Shown here piece by piece: positions 35,500 to 46,540 of a DNA stretch of 64,000 nucleotides; position 1 is the stretch's first letter, and the number at the start of each line of letters is the position of its first letter. The notes below the pieces were generated by a model. It did no database searches. It worked only from the letters and a program-made list of their open reading frames with translations, and was not told the origin of the DNA. The translations under genes were made by a program, and so were the position numbers. This stretch comes from Eutreptiella sp. 'Long Island Sound 2002'. Taxonomy: Eukaryota > Protista > Euglenida. The stretch lies in NCBI GenBank assembly GCA_964036045.1, contig OZ038378.1:150846001-150910000 (forward strand). Reading direction: 5' to 3'.

Positions 35500-36438
35500 T
35501 GCGCACTACACCCTGCTCCAGCCTGTGCTCTAACTAGTTATAGCGGCACTTTTCGGGCTCTAACGGGGTGCTTTAAGTAGTTATCGCGCTAGGTTATCGC
35601 CTTCTAACTAGTTATGGCGGGGTTATCGCTAGAGGTCCTCGCCGTCTAGCTAAGTTATCGCGGTAGTTATCTCTTGTTCTTTTTTATTTCTTTGCTCCTT
35701 CCCAGTCAACAATCCAACAGGTGCCGCGTCTGTTCACCAAGGAGGTGGCCGAGGCAACCACAGCAGGAGCAGCAGAAGTAGCAGTGTACCCTTCGTGAAC
35801 GGGGGTTAACTGGTCGATTGAATGAAGCGTGAATTTCATGTGAGTTTGACTTATGTTTCGTGTTTTTTTCTTCTGAGGAAACACTACATTTTGGCTTCAA
35901 TATGACGTATTAGATGGGACAAGGCTCAAGCCCCATTTCCCCTCCCCGTGATTAAGTGAAAGTCCCACCCCAGACGGACCCATGAGGCCCAAACGGCGCC
36001 CAAAAAATAATCCCGGCAACATGTTACGGTACCGTTGGGCCCGAATTTGCGAAATTCTTACGAATTTCGTCCAAATTTCCACGTAATTTGTACGAAATTT
36101 GTGGGAATCCGGCAGATCCGTACGGAATTTGTGCGAATGTCGCACCCACTGCCTTTCACCAAAATCTCTAGATTCGTACAAAATACGTGCGAACTTCGTA
36201 CGAAATTCGTTAGAATTTCGTATCACTTTCCCAAAAAAATCCAAATTGCAGCAAAAACTCACCCGAAATCACTCGAAATTCACGGATGCGTGAATTCGGT
36301 AAACTCGTGTTACGCTCGACGTGATTCAGCCGAACATTTGCAAGCTACCAACAAGATCAAATTTCAAGACATTTCTAGCGACAATGTTTTGGCGAAGATG
36401 ACACAAGAAACGCAAATGATGGCACCAAGGTATCTCTC

Positions 36439-36464
36439 ACTTTCTGAGTGTCAATTTTTTTTGG
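36439..36464 (+). ncRNA. Genomic copy of the euglenid spliced-leader exon (retro-inserted)
   Basis: ACTTTCTGAGTGTCAATTTTTTTTGG vs Euglena gracilis SL ACTTTCTGAGTGTCTATTTTTTTTCG as I recall it: 24/26. Followed by a 16-nt UTR and ATG, not by an SL-RNA intron. Confidence 0.88.
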
Positions 36465-36480
36465 TGCTATTTCTTCGTCC

Positions 36481-37515
36481 ATGGAAGACCCCAAAGTGGG
36501 GCAGAATGCAATGCCGCACTTCCCGGAAGTGACAGAGAGTTACCCGATCGTCCCGGCCTGCACACCTGCCGCTGTGGGATCGGATGGAGGCACCTCGGTC
36601 GAAGGAGTTGCCGGTACGCCCCCCACTCAATTTCTGACTATTTTGACTCCAACGAGAGCAGCAGCTGTCGCCATGGACACCGCAGGCAATTCCGTCAGAC
36701 CCGTCATGGCCGCCACCTCAGGTGACTACGGTTGGGACACCGATGGTGTGAGTGCTGTCATTTTCAACCCTCCTGATCTTTCTGACGATCCCGAGGCCGT
36801 CGCTCGGCCGAAGGGGAATGAGATCAAGAACGCCCGCTTGGCTATGATCCCCATGCTGCACTACTACGTGCAGGCCTTGGTCACCAGTGAGGGTTCCAGC
36901 GCTGCCTATGGCCGCGTGGCTGACAAGTTGGCTGACTGTTTCAACCCCTCGGGTCTCTCTGACGATCCCGAGACCGTCACTGTGCTAAAGGGGAACGAGA
37001 TCAAGCACACCCGCTTTGGCCAAGCGACGGACAAGTTAATCGACAAGTCCGGTGTCCCGAGGACAGAGATTGACAATGCCGAAAAAGGACAGGCAATTGT
37101 GCAGACGGCCACCAGCCAGGATATCAAGTATGCCTTCTGTACTTCTGCCCTGCTCAACGCTGGGAACGCCGGCGAGGTGATGGACATAACTGAGACCACG
37201 GATGAAAATGAGAATGCACGTGAAGAGTATCCCGGGGACTACGGGACTATGGAGAATTATTATGACCCGGAACACCACGACATATGGGGGGACAGTGAGG
37301 ATGGTCAACGGTACCAAAAGGCCCCAAGGGCTTCTGTCAACGCTGACTCCATGAACCCCAAGCAGGCCGCTCAGTTGCTGATGTACAACACTGTCCCGAC
37401 CAATTTTGAGGGTGCTCCACCGGTCATTGAATCCAACTACTCCGACCCACTAATCAAGGACACCTGTGGAAGTGCTTCTTATCATGTTGCAGACGCTCGC
37501 CGTTCGGATGGCTGA
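36481..37515 (+). CDS. Processed retrocopy of a trans-spliced mRNA encoding a rearranged light-harvesting-complex (LHC)-derived protein; 3' end fused to a LINE
   Basis: Open frame from the first ATG after the SL. GDYGWDT (36721), FNPPDLSDDPE..EIKNARLAM..YYVQALVT.EG (36820), a second FNPSGLSDDPE..EIKHTR, and EEYPGDYG match Lhcb/Lhcbm signatures. Confidence 0.75.
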   Translation: MEDPKVGQNAMPHFPEVTESYPIVPACTPAAVGSDGGTSVEGVAGTPPTQFLTILTPTRAAAVAMDTAGNSVRPVMAATSGDYGWDTDGVSAVIFNPPDLSDDPEAVARPKGNEIKNARLAMIPMLHYYVQALVTSEGSSAAYGRVADKLADCFNPSGLSDDPETVTVLKGNEIKHTRFGQATDKLIDKSGVPRTEIDNAEKGQAIVQTATSQDIKYAFCTSALLNAGNAGEVMDITETTDENENAREEYPGDYGTMENYYDPEHHDIWGDSEDGQRYQKAPRASVNADSMNPKQAAQLLMYNTVPTNFEGAPPVIESNYSDPLIKDTCGSASYHVADARRSDG

Positions 37516-39860
37516 GACCAGAGCGTGGCTGGATGCCGGAAGACGCACCGCCCCGAGCCAGATTTGTCCCCCGCCCAAACACGCCCCAAACGGCGGTGGG
37601 TCAGCGAATATCCCAACCCAGGCAACATCGACCCCCGTCGGCGGGACTATACGACTCGGAGAGCTCGGAGGAGGGTCAAGAGACACACACAGGGAAGACA
37701 CGGCCGGCGACCAACCGTCTGGACTACGGCTGGATGAACCCGCCAGACGAACGAACCCCTCAAGAAAACCCACGAGGTTTGTCAGGCGCTACCCCACGAG
37801 CGGAAGATCCACGGGATCACCGTACACTACACGGGAGAACCCACCACCACACGGTGGTATACAGACGGGTCGAAACGACACGGACGAACGGGAGGGGGTA
37901 TTTACAACGGGACCTACCACGCGGCTTTCCGGGTGCACGGGCCTCAGCAAGTGTATCGGGCCGAGACAATCGCTTGCGCTCTGGCCTCTGAACCGGCCAG
38001 ACCAGGGGACGACATCATACTTGACAACCAGAGTGTGGTGAAAGCCACACCTATAAAACGCAAAGGAGTGGTCAAGGACCAGGACTACCGCGACATAGGT
38101 TATCTCAACATCTCCTCGAAACGACTGGCGATACGATGGACACCGGGACATTGTACCCTGGAACAAGCCGCCACGTATAAAGACTCCCAAGACATACAGG
38201 GGAACAACCACTCCGATGTCCTTGCCAATATGAGCGACAACCTGTTCCTGGACTCCCAACAACCATAACCCCATGATATTGTCATCACCGGACAAATCAT
38301 GCCCAGGCCTGCCAAGGCATAGATTATGCAAGTGCGTAGACAAAAAAAAACAACAGAGGTACACTGAGTGAGCTGGCTCCCCATGAAACACTACAGACGA
38401 AACACGGGGACACCATGGCTGTGGGGGCAGGTAAGGTGGTGGGGAGTAGGTGCCCCTTGGGGCCGAACACCCAGCCTCTGCTCCCAGTGTGGCCAACAAC
38501 ACGGAGCATCAGTGCAGTCGAGAATGGCTTACTGTCCCGCCTGGGGCGATTTCTGGGACCTTTGGCGCAGGAGCTGGACTGATTGGGCCCAACACACATA
38601 CCAATGGCAGCAAACGGCCAACAGCCAAGAACTCTGGCTCCGTGCCAGGCTGCTCGTACCACTGTCTCTCATCGCCGCCATACCCACCACAGAACGGCAT
38701 AACCTTCGGACGGAGGTGGGCCTTTTTCAGTTTCACATGATTTAGTCTGTCCAAACGCTAAGACTGAAATACGCAGACCCTACACCTCACCAGCCGCCGT
38801 CACCCCTATGGCTGACCAAGTACGTCGCTCAGGCACTCCCACCACGAGAAACGCCGCAAAACCTACGGAACCACGTCGGGGCGCCCATGCGGAGCGGCAC
38901 GAAACGCAAACGTAGGACCGAGGTCGCGACGGCGGAAACGATCGACCCCGACCAATGGATACGTGATGCGCGCGGCGCAAACGACGATGAGGCAGTGGCA
39001 TGGTTCGCAAGAATACGAGCAACTAACACAGCACAAGACGAACCCACCCAGAAGCGTCACCGTCTCAGCGTTGACGCACAACGATAGGAACAGTACCGAA
39101 ACACAGCAGGCAGGTTGGCACAAGAACACGCACAGCAAACACACGACATATACCACAGGGCACACGCCGCTGCGCTGGCACGGCAACACCTACGCAGCCT
39201 GCACACGCACTACACCAACACACTAACGGCCAAAACGGACTATCACATGCTCGTCACAAAACTAATCCAAGACCAGATGACAGCACAACGACTGCAAGAC
39301 ACACACGCACACCTGTGCCAAATAGGCAGGCAATGGTATGAACAAGCAAAGTACGACACAGGGACGTGGTATGCAGATGCAAAAATGCTGCTGCTGATCT
39401 GCGGACGATACCGGAGGCTGTGCGCTGGCACCGAGAAGCCGCTGGACCTTCATCTACGACAGGCACTCTATATGTGGTGCCAGCAGAAATACTTGGCAAC
39501 ATGACACAGTGCTACCATGACGCCTGCAAACAGAAGACGACACAATACTGGCAAACAATTCGACCAGCACGACAGACGATATACCTCATACAGAAACGGC
39601 CAAACGAACCTTGAGACCCCACCTTGTGGGAAGTCCGGATGCAGCCACTACCAAAACGCCACAAAACGCACTAGGGTCCAAACGAGTGAAAAATACCAAT
39701 GACATGACCACAACCACCCCAACGGGAAACCATGGGGGCGCAGTCACGAGCTGCAGCCCGTATGCACACCCCGGCTTTGCGGAAATCTGTACTCTGCATC
39801 GAACCTGGCCCACAGTGGCCCTTGGCACATTATGAACTGGCCCATTTGATAAAAAAAAAA
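37505..39860 (+). mobile_element. 5'-truncated LINE: RNase H, C-terminal Zn motif, further 3' ORF remnants, poly(A)
   Basis: WYTDGS..VYRAETIA..ILDNQSVV..RWTPGH..GNNHSDVLA; CSQCGQQH..YCPAW; A10 at 39851-39860 followed by GGTATC. Confidence 0.85.
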
Positions 39861-39941
39861 GGTATCAGCGAAACAAAGCAAAATTTCGTCGAATTCACGC
39901 TACCGTGAATGTCCCAGTCAAAGCTTCAAGAAGGGTATAAG

Positions 39942-41090
39942 GAGCACGGGCCGCCAAGCCAGCGGCGGCCCGTGCGGAGCGGGAGGGGGAGGGGATCAAG
40001 AGGTTGCCGGAGGGGGCAGCCTCGGGGTGGGGGGGCCAGCAGACGAGGCCTGCCGTCAGGGGGGGACCGGATGGTACTGGCAGGTAACCATCACGGAAAA
40101 GCAGGGGGGGGGGTCGATAGGAAGACCAACCTCACCCTCGCCTCCAATGTGTGCTTTGGGGGGCAAACGGCGAAATGGCCAAATGTGCCTGAGGGGCAAA
40201 CAGTTGGAGCGTTTTTGTTGTTGTTCGGGATGAGCGACCCCCCCCCCCCAACGCAAAAACCGTTTTTTGCTGAGGCTGCGCTTCGTTGATGAAGCAACGG
40301 GGGAGTACAGTAGGCGGGAGGTGCTTCAGCTGGGCACGGGGAGGGGGGATGACCTCAAGCAGCGCCTGGGCGTGGCTGAGGCCCAAGTGCGCAGCCTCAC
40401 CTCCACCCTCAGTGCCACCTACACCGCCTGGCAGGCAGGGGTGCAGTGTCAAGGTACCGGCAAGAGTGGGAGTCAATGACTCGTGGGTTTGCTCAAGGTG
40501 TTGCCTAAGGGCATTTTTCGTTGGGAGGAACGAGATGGAGCGCAACGGGACATGTGTCACTTGGGCCTCGTGGGAAGCGGAAACCCCAACCCCTCTAATT
40601 TTAGGTCGACCAGGATGGCTACTGCTACCTTGAGGGCTGCCCTCCCCCCGTTGGTTGCGGGGCTCAATGAGTATTGCAGTCGCAATGCACCACGATCGTT
40701 CACATGGTGGAGCATCCAAATTGTTCGCCCCCAAAGGACTGACACCATGGGCCATCACGCCCATTTGCGTGATGGGGTGCCCATGGCGCTGATTGTGTGT
40801 GTGGGGTCTTTCAAGGGAGGAGATTTGTGGGTGGAGAGTGGTGGCTTGAAATATCCCTCTAAGGGACAAAAAGCGGCACACCCGTGTGTGCAGGGGTAGT
40901 GAGGTTGGGGGTTGGGCATGCAAGGCGACGCCAGAAGCCCCGGTGCTGTTCAACACCCGGGCACTACACGCTCCATTGCCATGGGAGCTTGAGCGATGGA
41001 GCGCGATTTTTTATAGGGCAGGGGGGTTGTTGCATTGCACGCCTACGTGGCGGCATCAGCTTGTGGACCTTGGTTTTAGGCTGCCCAAAG
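39942..41090 (+). pseudogene. TxA cargo gene 2, copy 3 (TET/JBP-like; 5' part at 35706-35784)
   Basis: MGHHAHLRDGVPMALIVCVGSFKGGDLWVE..PVLFNTRALHAPLPWELERWSAIFY; coiled-coil segment deleted; frameshifted. Confidence 0.8.
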
Positions 41091-41306
41091 TGCACTAACC
41101 CTCCAGTTAGTGCGCACTAACCTTTGCTCTAACTAGTTATCGCGGTAGTTATCCCGTGTAACTGGGTGCTCTACCTGGTTATTGCGCTAGGGTATCGCGC
41201 TCTAACTGAGTTATCACGCGGGTTATCGCGGGGGTTATCGCGCGTGTTTTTTGGGCCCTTGTGTCAAAACCAGCCCTCATTCCCCACCCATGACCTCTTG
41301 TTGTTC

Positions 41307-42956
41307 ATGGATGCTGTTGTTAATGAGGCCTCGAGGGCTCTGAATTCAGCTAACTGGCGGCGGTTCACCGAGTTGCAATGTTCTAAAGCCGGGCGGCGGC
41401 GGTTGAATGCTGTTTCGCCGCTGGTTCGAGTTCTCTTTGGGGATTTCAACATCGTAACACCAAGGGAGAAGTTTATTTAATTGGTGGGTCTTGCACAGCC
41501 CTCTCTGCCCCACTTGGTGGCCATCTTGCATTCACAGCTCAGGAGCATGAGGCCCTGAGCATGCGACGCATGGCATGCGGAACCTTTCCAGCAACCCCTT
41601 TTGCGAATGCCCCGCCGTTGTACCCAACGGGACCTAAGGACCGTTCGGCAACAGATCATGCCCTACTTTCCCCAAGCAACTATTATAAGGTCCACCACAG
41701 GCCGCGATAGGGTAGCTGCCCATGTGCCTTTGCGGTCAATTGTGCATAATGCAATATCTATGGCCCTGGTTATTCGGAAACGCCCCCTAGCGGCGCCGCC
41801 ATTGTCGTCATTACAATGGATGCGACTTCCTTGTGGAAGGCATCCTCTACCTGTGCCGATGTATGAGTCAATATATGGGGGGGGGGGGGCAAAATATGCT
41901 TCGAAGGTGAAACTATGGGCCTCATGGTTTTGCATGGATAGAGGGGATGAACATCGTTTTTTGAGAAGCCTGCATGTCTCCGCCAACCTCAATCAAGAGG
42001 TGAAGGAGGTGGAGGAGGACATTGTCCTATTTCAAACCGAATTTCTGACTTGCATTGTTATTTTCCCGGGGGACCGGAAAGGGATGCAAGCAATGGGTGG
42101 GGCTGGCTCGAAGTCTTGGTTGTACAAAGACCCCAATGGTATTGTTGAGCAATTGGGGGTGGAGTCCACCTCAAGATGGGGGGGCATTTTTGAGATGTGT
42201 GATCCCTGACAGACGACCTGGAGACTACCAACATGCAGCATGCCGCATTCCAAATGGCATTGCAAAGCGCACTGAGACCACCTTGTAGGCCCTCCCCCTT
42301 GCTACCCCTGGTAAAGCCCAAGCTCTTGCAGCTTTGCATTTCTTCAAACAAGCCCTCAAGGAATGAGACCTTAGGCACTCCTCTGAGGGAACGTCTCCCC
42401 TCGGTCTCAAGGGCCAAGGGAAAAGATTTTGATCTCACGAGCACAAAGGTGTTCCTCATCCCCCCCCACCTTCCAAAGGCAATTTGTGGATTGCGTCAAA
42501 GAGCATGTCCCTTTCGAGATGTCCCCTGGTGGACCTCCATTTTGGGTTGTTGTGCATGTCATTGTGAAATGCATTGAGGGTTTGTATGAGCTTTGGAGGA
42601 TGAGGAAGATGTACGCTCTAACCCAAGTGGAACGCCACCGTGTGTTCACCACAAAATTTTCGAAAGCCTGGGGAGACTCAGGTTGGTTCCCCACCAGGTG
42701 GATCCATTGGTGGTTGGCACATTCCACTTTTGTTGCTCAGAAGTGGAGGAATATTTATCATTTTCCCTCCATCCCCACCAAGTATAGGCATGGGCCTTAC
42801 AAGAGGAGGCCCCAAAATTGTTTTAAGGGTTGGTCGTTGGTGAGGCCAAGTATTTCCCTCCGCAACATGCACCATTGGATGTCCATGAACGCCCCGGAGC
42901 AAGGGCTTTTCGGACTGGAGGAAGGCAAGGCCTCAGACTTTGAGCAGTTTGTGTGA
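41307..42956 (+). pseudogene. TxA DDE transposase, RAG1/Transib-like (copy 3, full length ~550 codons, several frameshifts)
   Basis: MDAVVNEA start; ITMDATSLW (D 41819); GDRKGMQAMGG (D 42072); GDYQHAACR; WIHWWLAH (H 42705, 42720); catalytic E position is AAG (42780) here but GAG in copy 2. Confidence 0.8.
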
Positions 42957-44701
42957 AGAAAGACCAAAAATGCTTTGTGCCAAGTGTTTTGCCTTGTTTG
43001 TCCTGGTGTGGGATGCAGCAGGGGTGCCCGATAACTACCCGCGATAACTGCGCGATAACTGAGTTATCGCGCGATAACTAGTGCTCTAACTAGTTAGAGC
43101 AAGCCACCTCTGCTCCAACTCTGCTCTAACTCCAAAGATCACTTTGCCCCCCCCCCCCCCCTAGAAACCACCCCTACGATCAGGGTTGCATCGGGAAAGA
43201 AGTGGGATGGGAGGTTTTTGAGGGTGCCGAATCCATTTTTTTAGGTGGGTTGCCCCAAGTTTGAGGCTAGGTGGGTGTTCTAGAAATTGTGCTCTAACTA
43301 GGGGTTCCGCACCACGCCCTAGAACGCCACATCCCAACAGGTCCATTTTTTGTCATGGACATGCCGGCACCACCTTGTCCGGTCGACTATCAGCTGGCAA
43401 GCGCCGAGATGATGACCTGCAACTTTTCCGACCTGGAATATGGGAGCTCCGTGGTGCTGCAGGTAATCCTTCCTTGCCTAATGGGCGTTGCAATCTGATA
43501 ATGCACCGGGGTTATGGACACCAGTCTGCGGCTACGGGTAAGGTTACGGTTCGGCACGTCCGGGGATACGCAACGCTGTCTGCGGCTACGGGAGGTTTTA
43601 CGTGTCTTGGCTCTTTGTTTGCACACCAAAGACCCTCGCAACATCTTCGTCGCGAGTTGGATCAAGTTGCTCGGCAAGACGGTCCGACATTTGGAGTCGT
43701 CCTGCTCATAACTACAACGCCGTGGGCGTGCATGGGGGACTGGACCTGAATGTTACCGACGTCACCAACGTATAGGCCCTTAAGGGATTTGTGGACGCCC
43801 AGGGTAACCACGGCGCCGTGGGCGTGTATGGGGGGCTCAACCTGAATGGTACCGACCTTATCAACGTGCAGACGCTGAGGGGACGCGTGGACGCCGGCAC
43901 GTGGACGTTGTGTCTTGAACCTCTTCGTTGAGGGTCTGTTGGTCACCGTCTGTGTCCAACAACGGCCAACCAAACCACACCTCAACACCCTAACCATTTT
44001 CAGCAAGCCATATACTGGCATTTTCTAGGACGCGCGGTACATCCCTGAAGACGTGTGAAAGGTTGTGGTGCTGTCTAGAGTCTTGTTGCTGTCTAAAGTC
44101 TTGTTGCAAGTCTTCTAGTTGCTCTGCTAGGCTACGTTGTTCTCTCTGCAAGCCTTGTAAGCCGGCATATATGCGGCATATGAGGATGGCATTACAGGAG
44201 TGGCAACATTGCCGTTGCAGTCGGTGGATGTGCTTTTCCGATGTCCGGTGTTTGGTCTGCAGTGCGTTGATCATCGATGTGATGTTCGTGTTGCCTTTTT
44301 TTTCTACTTGCCGAATCGGTATCATCACGGTATATCGACGTCATCGTCCGGGGGGGGGGGGGTGTATACATGTACAGAGGAGCATGGTTTGGTACGATAT
44401 AGGCTTCTCAGCAAGTCGACAACATCACACCGGATCCTAAATAGAAACGGATGCACAACCGGGAACACTGCCCAGTGATAGACCGAGCGATGCCATTTGG
44501 TGAACTTTATCAAACGACTATAAAGGGTTATGGGTATGAGGGGGTTGTAGAAGCAACTAGCAGTATCCCTCCAAGGAACACAACAAAACAGTCTATCAAA
44601 GACACAACTACACTTAAGCTCACCGGCGCCAAAGAGATGGACGTCCCCACATTGGAGGAGTTGGGGGACCGCAAGTTCATGAACTCCCAGGTCCTCAACA
44701 T

Positions 44702-46540
44702 TTGGAGCGGGTTTCGGGTTACAAAACCGAAGAAGACGAACATTCAAGCCACCAGCAGCGCTTCTCCAGCCCAGAAGGTCTTGGCCAAGCAAGCAGCTCC
44801 CCGGAAGAACCGCCAAGCAACTGGCCCCAAGGCTCACCTCCGCTGAAGCAGCCCGCCATAAAGCAAGGGTGCAGCAGCAGTCCGATGCAAGGGTTTCTTG
44901 CCGCCGCCGCTGCCGCCGGTGAAGCCGAGCAGAAGGAGAGGGAGCAGCAGAGGGAGCAGAAGAAGAGGCAGCAAGAGGAGGCCAAAGTGAACCAGTTGCC
45001 GCGAGCGAAGCGGTTGAAGGCACAAGCTTTCCAAATGAAGTTCAATGCACAAGATACGGACGAGGATAAGCAGGAGACGGAGCAGCACAATCGTGAGGAA
45101 GTCTCGTCTGACGACGATGCCGGCGACGACGAGAACGTCCACCTGGAACCGAAACCCGAGCCGGTCAAGGGAGCACCACATTTCGTGGTGGCGCGGCCCG
45201 CCAAAGGCGGTGTGAAGACGATTAGCGCCAAGGAGACCAGAACCGAGGCCAACCGCAGGGGTGTTGCGTATCAACACAATTTGGTGGCCTTGCAGGAGAC
45301 CCTCAAGGACATGTACCTGCACACCGCAAGCATACGGTACTACTACCGGAAATGTTTGGAGATTCGTGGACCGATCGTCAAGAAGAAGAAGCGCGAGGCC
45401 GGCCGAACGGAGGGGAATGATTTGCGGGAAACACTTGGTTACGCCCTATGTTGCGCGTGAAGTGTTCGCAACCACTCCGCATGGCTTTCCTCCGAGTCCG
45501 CGCACAGTACGCACCACGGGTGGGGAAAGGAAGGACCAAGCTGATGCAGAGATGCCAGATCATCGCCGCCCAGGCAGATACATTGGCAGGCATTTCCACT
45601 TTGCGACCGTAACCCCACCCGTAGCCGCAGACAGGTAGCCGTGGCCTCTTGTGGTCGAGTTCGTAACGTCGGCCGTAGCCGCAGACACTTTGTCGCAACC
45701 TCGCTGAATTCCACCGTATCTGGAGCTGTAGCCGCAGACACTTTGTCGTAACCTCGCAGAATCTGAATTCATTTGTATCCACAGATGAGAAAGTGAGGGA
45801 GAATGTCGGCTGTCATACGTGCGCCGATGTCCCCAGAGGACGACGAGAGCAAGCCGCCGACTTCAGTCATCGGTGAGGGTATTGCACTAGCGCCGTGGTC
45901 TGATACTCTTCGGTCAGAAGGATCGGCTGCGCCGGTGGAGCCGGTAGTGCCGAAGGGGGAGTTGGAGTTGTACGAGGGCTTCTCAGAACTAGCTGCAATG
46001 CAGCCCGGATGCCGTGGGCCGCGGTCGTTGCATTTGAGGACGCATGTCCTCGTCGATTTGCCGTTGGACGAGCTGAGCGACAAGTGCGTCTAGGTCCTGA
46101 AGCACGTCCACGTGATGGCCAGTATGCTCACCGGCATCCACAACATTGAGATGGCTGTGGCACGGAGTTACCGCTTGGTGTCTGAGGCGGGTTGGGATCA
46201 ACGATGACGATCACAAAAGAAAGCGCAAGGTGCGGACACAGCGCGTGCAACTGGGGCATGATGTGCAGGAAGACTGCATGTCAAAAGCTCGAGCGACAGT
46301 ATGGCTAATGAGAGCACGCGGGTGGCCGATTGGGAGCGCCGCCAGAAGAGGAGCAAAGCCAAAAGGAAGTGTCTTGCCACTGAGCAGGCCATGAGGGACG
46401 AAGCCCAGCTGGTGAAGATTCAACAGCTGCAACGGAAGCTTGAGGAACTGGAGAAGGAGAGGGCGGCAGCGCCAGCAGCAAGTGGAGACGGCGCGGCACT
46501 GGTGAAAGGGGAGGCAGCAAGGACGGGCGTGGCACCGTAG
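44702..46540 (+). pseudogene. Two charged/coiled-coil ORF remnants of unknown function (44702-45460; 45803-46540)
   Basis: Long open stretches between motif clusters; no family recognised. Confidence 0.35.

Larger units (their letters stand above)
35785..39939. mobile_element. Non-autonomous TIR element (TGTACCCTTCGTGAA / TATACCCTTCTTGAA), 2-bp TSD AG, CGAAATT-type arrays; own length ~0.72 kb, interrupted by the chimeric retrocopy
   Basis: AG at 35783-35784 and 39940-39941; removal restores gene 2 (AEVAG-ARAAKP). Dense (TA)CGAA(A)TT repeats at ~36040-36320 and ~39870-39910. Confidence 0.8.
25944..43336 (+). mobile_element. TxA copy 3, complete gene order (left end, gene 1, gene 2, transposase, right end), with two large internal insertions
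   Basis: TGGGATG at 25944 and CATCCCA ending at 43336. Flanks are AT / AC (one mismatch for a 2-bp TSD). Confidence 0.85.

Noticed and set aside
36439-36560. Functional SL-RNA gene
   Set aside because: The SL is followed by a UTR and ATG rather than a GT-starting SL intron, and it lies inside TSDs.
42954-42956. TGA-to-Trp recoding (TGA in copies 2 and 3, TGG in copy 1)
   Set aside because: Single site. Other disruptions include TAG, TAA and frameshifts, consistent with ordinary decay.
25944-43336. RAG2-like partner gene or RSS heptamer/nonamer in TxA
   Set aside because: No kelch-repeat ORF is evident and the ends lack CACAGTG.
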